Assembly (NCBI RefSeq): GCF_001194135.2
Contig: NC_068998.1
Coordinates: forward strand, 13,192,203-13,233,064
Reading direction: 5' to 3'
DNA from: Octopus bimaculoides
Lineage: Eukaryota
DNA length: 40,862 bases
Numbering within the stretch: position 1 is the first letter of the stretch; each line of letters starts with the position of its first letter. Positions 35,742 to 40,862 of the stretch are shown piece by piece. Below the pieces are notes generated by a model. It had not been told where the DNA came from and did not search any database. It saw only the letters and a program-made list of their open reading frames with translations. Made by a program: the position numbers and the translations under genes.

Positions 35742-36121
35742 GTTGGCACTCTGTCGCTTACGACGTCGAGGGTTCCAGTTGATCCGATCAACGGAACAGC
35801 CTGCTCGTGAAATTAACGTGCAAGTGGCTGAGCACTCCACAGACACGTGTACCCTTAACATAGCTCTCATGGATATTCAGCGTGACACAGTGTGACAAAG
35901 CCGACCTTTTGAATTACAGGTACAACAGAAACAGGAAGAAAGAGTGAGAGAAAGTTGTGGTGAAAGAGTACAGCAGGGTTCGCCACCATCCCCTGCCAGA
36001 GCCTCATGGAGCTTTAGGTGTTTTTGCTCAATAAACACTCACAATGCCCGGTCTGGGAATTGAAACCGCGATCCTATGACCACGAGTCCGCTGCCCTAAC
36101 TACTGGGCCATTGCGCCTCCT
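35742..36121 (-). mobile_element. SINE family B with 12-bp TSD
   Basis: TSD TCCTCATTACAT at 35730-35741 and 36122-36133; near-identical to 7607-7995. Confidence 0.85.
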
Positions 36122-36662
36122 TCCTCATTACATAGAGTAGCATAGACAGTGAAATGTAGTCATTAGTCCCTTTACTAAAAACAAAAGACTGCATGGATCA
36201 CATTGCCATGTGGACTTTTTACGTTACTCTTAAAGATCGCAATCCACACAAATGTATGATAAGAAATGTCTTCAAAATGAAATTTTGAATAGTCAGCATG
36301 CATATTCTTGATGCTATCAACCTCAAAATTAGGTTCATATCATGAAATGAGGAAAAATGGAACAGCAGTATCACTGATATCAAGTAGTTCCACTGCATTA
36401 AAAACAAAGCAGCCTGCAGATCCATATACCCAACGATAAAGCGATACAACACATTACTTGGTGACCCTGCCAGTGCTGATACCATGTAAAAAGCATTCAG
36501 TTTGCACTGTAAAATGGTTGGCATTTAGAAAGGCATCCAGCTGTAAAAACCATGCTAAAACTGTCCTTGCCTGTGCTGGTGCCACATAAAAAACCATTCA
36601 GTTCATTCTGCAGGGTGGATGGTGTTAGGAATAGTATCCAGCCATAAAAGCCATGAGTGTAC

Positions 36663-36760
36663 AACCCTAACTCTAACACTAACCCTAACTCTAAAACCCT
36701 AAAACCCTAACCCTAACTCTAAAACCCTAACCCTAACCTTAAAACCCTAACCCTAAAACC
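36663..36760. repeat. Degenerate interstitial (CCCTAA)n telomere-type repeat
   Basis: A mixture of CCCTAA, CTCTAA and CCCTAAAA units. Confidence 0.85.
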
Positions 36761-37060
36761 AGTACAAATGCACAATGTCATAAATAACAGTGACAAATGA
36801 AATATACACCGCTGGAAGTTGTTTGTTGACAAAACAATGGCAGTAATTTTATTCAGCTGAATATATGTCATTGATTGGTTGAAAGTACCGAAATACGACA
36901 ACTTTAACATGAAATAACTTTGAAAATAGAAACTTTTCTCATCAATACTAAGAGTAAAAGATGTTTTATATGACACATTCTACCAGTGTCCGAAGTTTGA
37001 AAGTGTTTAGTTACAAAAAATTAATTTCTTGATGTGCCGTTCAAAGGGAAAAGATCCATA

Positions 37061-37100
<40 letters not shown>

Positions 37101-37132
37101 CGCATACATATATATACATATGTATATATCAA

Positions 37133-37169
<37 letters not shown>

Positions 37170-38162
37170 TATATATCTATCTATCTATCTATCTATATCT
37201 CTCTCTCTATATATATACACAGATGAAGTATACATGCATATATGTATACATGTATGTACATAAATAATATTGTTTGTATGCATGTATGTGTCTCTCTATG
37301 TATATATGTAAAAAATGTTAACATCCTCAGTCTTAAACCATAGCCTGGGAAACCATACCTTATTACAAATTATTCTGTATCGTGAAATAATAGATTGTTT
37401 AAACTCTGGCATCATTAATAATCTAGATATTATAAAGAAATTCATTCTAGAAATAGTAATAAAAACAATAGCAGTGCTAAAGGGGAAATGTATCTGATAT
37501 TAAATATATATCCATATTCTCACCTGTCAAAAGAGAAATAAAAATAAACTTTTGTATGATTCTTACTCATTATTTTGCTTCTTAAAAAAAAAGATCCATT
37601 AATATATTCATTATATAGCAATTTCTATATCTTTTTAGAAGAAAATTCAATGTTATTCAATATTAAACACAAACACGCGCGTTCATACAGATGGACACAC
37701 ATGCACACTCACATGCGTGTGTGTGAGTGTGTGTTTGTATAGACAAGGTTTTCATATACTGAATAAAGTACTCAATGCTTCAGGAAGTAGAGTTAAATAT
37801 ATTCGATTATTAATATCTTGATTACATAGTGATAATTCTGTTGTTGCTTTGGAAAAAGAAAAAAAAAAGAAAAAAGTATTTTAAATATAAATAATGTCCA
37901 CAGGGATTGCAATATAATTATAAATCCATTAAACAGTCATTAATATATNNNNNNNNNNNNNNNNNNNNNNNNNNNNNNNNNNNNNNNNNNNNNNNNNNNN
38001 NNNNNNNNNNNNNNNNNNNNNNNNNNNNNNNNNNNNNNNNNNNNNNNNNNNNNNNNNNNNNNNNNNNNNNNNNNNNNNNNNNNNNNNNNNNNNNNNNNNN
38101 NNNNNNNNNNNNNNNNNNNNNNNNNNNNNNNNNNNNNNNNNNNNNNNNNNNNNNNNNNNNNN

Positions 38163-38194
<32 letters not shown>

Positions 38195-38606
38195 TATATA
38201 TATATATATGCATATATATATATATATATATACAGATACATACATTCATACATACACACACATATATACTTACACATATACACATGCACAGACTCGTGCA
38301 TATGTGTATATTTATATGTGTGTGTGTGTGTGTGTGTGTATGTATTTATAGACACATTGTTTACATTTGTCTTTATAGACGGTACCGGCTAACAAATCAA
38401 TAGATATATTCTGAGATGACGATGATGATGATAAGGGCAGTGATGGTGGTGATCATCATCATCATGACTAAGCGCTGACACAATTTCTTCCGCCTACAGC
38501 TATGTTAGGACCACCACTATTTTTGCTACTCAGTTCTTGAGAGGTGTTCTTGAAATAAACAAAATACTTTTTTTGCTCGACTCGATATTTTAATAACACA
38601 CATACG

Positions 38607-38647
<41 letters not shown>

Positions 38648-38708
38648 CTGTGTGTGTGTGTGTATACATATATATATATATAATATATATATGTGCATAT
38701 ATGCATAC

Positions 38709-38739
<31 letters not shown>

Positions 38740-39375
38740 TATAATNNNNNNNNNNNNNNNNNNNNNNNNNNNNNNNNNNNNNNNNNNNNNNNNNNNNNNN
38801 NNNNNNNNNNNNNNNNNNNNNNNNNNNNNNNNNNNNNNNNNNNNNNNNNNNNNNNNNNNNNNNNNNNNNNNNNNNNNNNNNNNNNNNNNNNNNNNNNNNN
38901 NNNNNNNNNNNNNNNNNNNNNNNNNNNNNNNNNNNNNNNNNNNNNNNNNNNNNNNNNNNNNNNNNNNNNNNNNNNNNNNNNNNNNNNNNNNNNNNNNNNN
39001 NNNNNNNNNNNNNNNNNNNNNNNNNNNNNNNNNNNNNNNNNNNNNNNNNNNNNNNNNNNNNNNNNNNNNNNNNNNNNNNNNNNNNNNNNNNNNNNNNNNN
39101 NNNNNNNNNNNNNNNNNNNNNNNNNNNNNNNNNNNNNNNNNNNNNNNNNNNNNNNNNNNNNNNNNNNNNNNNNNNNNNNNNNNNNNNNNNNNNNNNNNNN
39201 NNNNNNNNNNNNNNNNNNNNNNNNNNNNNNNNNNNNNNNNNNNNNNNNNNNNNNNNNNNNNNNNNNNNNNNNNNNNNNNNNNNNNNNNNNNNNNNNNNNN
39301 NNNNNNNNNNNNNNNNNNNNNNNNNNNNNNNNNNNNNNNNNNNNNNNNNNNNNNNNNNNNNNNNNNNNNNNNNNN

Positions 39376-39697
39376 CTGCACGTGAAATTAATGTGCAAGT
39401 GGCTGAGCACTCCACAGACACGTGTACCCTTAACATAGTTCTCGGGGATATTCAGCGTGACACAGTGTGACAAGGCTGACCCTTTGAATTACAGGCACAA
39501 CAGAAACAGGAAGTAAGAGTGAGAGAAAGTTGTGGTGGAAGAGTACAGCAGGGTTTGCCACCATTCCCTGCCGGAGCCTCATGGAGCTTTAGGTGTTTTC
39601 GCTCAATAAACACTCACAACACCCTGTCTGGGAATCGAAACCACGATCCTATGACTGCGAGTCCGCTGCCCTAACCACTGGGCCATTGTGCCTCCAC
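39376..39697 (-). mobile_element. SINE family B, cut by an assembly gap
   Basis: Matches 7607-7995. A diverged copy lies at 30932-31245, with head fragments at 31575-31690 and 32136-32260. Confidence 0.8.
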
Positions 39698-39918
39698 AAC
39701 TTTAAATATAGAGAGAGACGTAAACACCATGTTTGAACATACAATATTTTTGTCTCCTGCATCAAAAAATCCCCTCCAAAACGCAGAAACCCCACCAGAA
39801 GGATTGATAATTATAGTTTCATTCTGGTGTTTTATATTTTAATAGTGAATGTTTATTCTCTATAAGTGCCCACAGAAATGTTACTTATAAAGTCATTAGT
39901 TTTAAAGGTTTAATTAAA

Positions 39919-40250
39919 TTGGTCAAGAAGACTGAGCCAGTGCAACAGATGAGCTTTTGTGAGAGTCTAAAGGAATCGAAGTCTTACTCCCTGGAGAGAA
40001 GGCATGAAAGATATGCATTCATATATATATGGAGGATTCTGGAAGATCAAACTTCCAGCTTTAGAGTTGAAAGCTATATCAACTGCCAAACTGGACAGCA
40101 CTGCATAATACCAAAGATCCTGTTTTCTCTGTCTAGAATAAGAATCCAGTAATAGCTTGGCTTTCAAGGCTCCACAACTGTTTAAAATTCTGCCAAACAG
40201 TCTCAGAGATTTCTGAGATCTTGATGTGGAGGTCTTCAAAGAACATGAGG
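39919..40250 (+). mobile_element. CR1/L2-group LINE ORF2 3' fragment
   Basis: YSLERRHERYAFIYIWRILE...ESYINCQTGQHCIIPK followed by NSLAFKAPQLFKILPNSLRD*DLDVEVFK, resembling the post-RT region of CR1/L2-type LINEs. Confidence 0.7.
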
Positions 40251-40349
40251 ACCTTCCATCACAGAAGTCAGCATGGAAAAAGGGATGATAAGTGAAGATT
40301 AAGATGATGATGATGATGATGATGAGAAGGAGGAGGAGGAAAGATTATT

Positions 40350-40525
40350 TGAACCTGCAAATTCTCCAGATAACTGAAGAGGTAAAATCCTCACAGTAGC
40401 AATTAAGACAATCCACATTAGTGGCAATGAAGCATGGACTCTCTATGAGCCTGTGGTCAAGTCCCTCAATGGCTGCTACAAGTGTATGGTCTAGATGGCC
40501 TTCAATACCAGCTGGATGCAGTAGG
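40350..40525 (+). mobile_element. RTE LINE fragment
   Basis: The + frame HISGNEAWTLYEPVVKSLNGCYKCMV*MAFNTSW resembles the RTE motif LLYG.E.WTL....KRLDGCYTRMLR.A.N.SW. Confidence 0.55.
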
Positions 40526-40810
40526 TAAGCCAAAAAGCAGTTCTGTAGTCAGGAAGACAACTGCAACATACTGAACACTGCTTATATATACGATGGGCTG
40601 CTTTCAGTTTCCATCTATTAAATCCCCTCACAAGACTTTGGTTGGCCCAAGGCTATGGTAGAAAACACTTGCCCAAGATGCCACACAGTGGCATTAAACC
40701 TGGAGCCATGTGGTTGTTAAGAAAAATTCTTACCACATAACCATGCCTGGACCTATATATATCATCATATATATATATACACACACACATATGTATATAT
40801 ATAATATGTA

Positions 40811-40862
<52 letters not shown>

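Overview
This is AT-rich, microsatellite-dense animal DNA with many short N gaps bounded by (TA)n, which is typical of a short-read assembly. The repeat families look like those of a coleoid cephalopod, most likely Octopus; this is inferred from recognising the repeats, not from a search. Most of the window is transposon debris: at least four SINE-like families, mariner remnants (one internally deleted copy and one Hsmar1/cecropia-like C-terminus), TTAA-flanked, hAT-like and long-TIR MITEs, and 3' fragments of Tx1/L1, CR1/L2 and RTE LINEs. No long true ORF is present, and nearly all entries in the ORF track are microsatellite or repeat artefacts. The one clearly non-repetitive regulatory feature is a compact CpG-rich island at about 20.61-20.87 kb with clustered YY1, NRF1 and ETS motifs, probably a housekeeping and possibly bidirectional promoter, followed by a hairpin-rich segment. 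Several short candidate + strand exons with phase-compatible splice sites lie at 13.7-16.5 kb and 30.6-35.6 kb, but I cannot name the protein. The most unusual observations are a Tx1-type LINE inserted in a (GATA)n tract with an apparent ~78-bp target duplication, three long fold-back elements (104, 141 and ~195 bp arms) that are potential ADAR substrates, and a mariner split by an insertion flanked by 15-bp direct repeats. I found no evidence I can support for a wholly new biological system.
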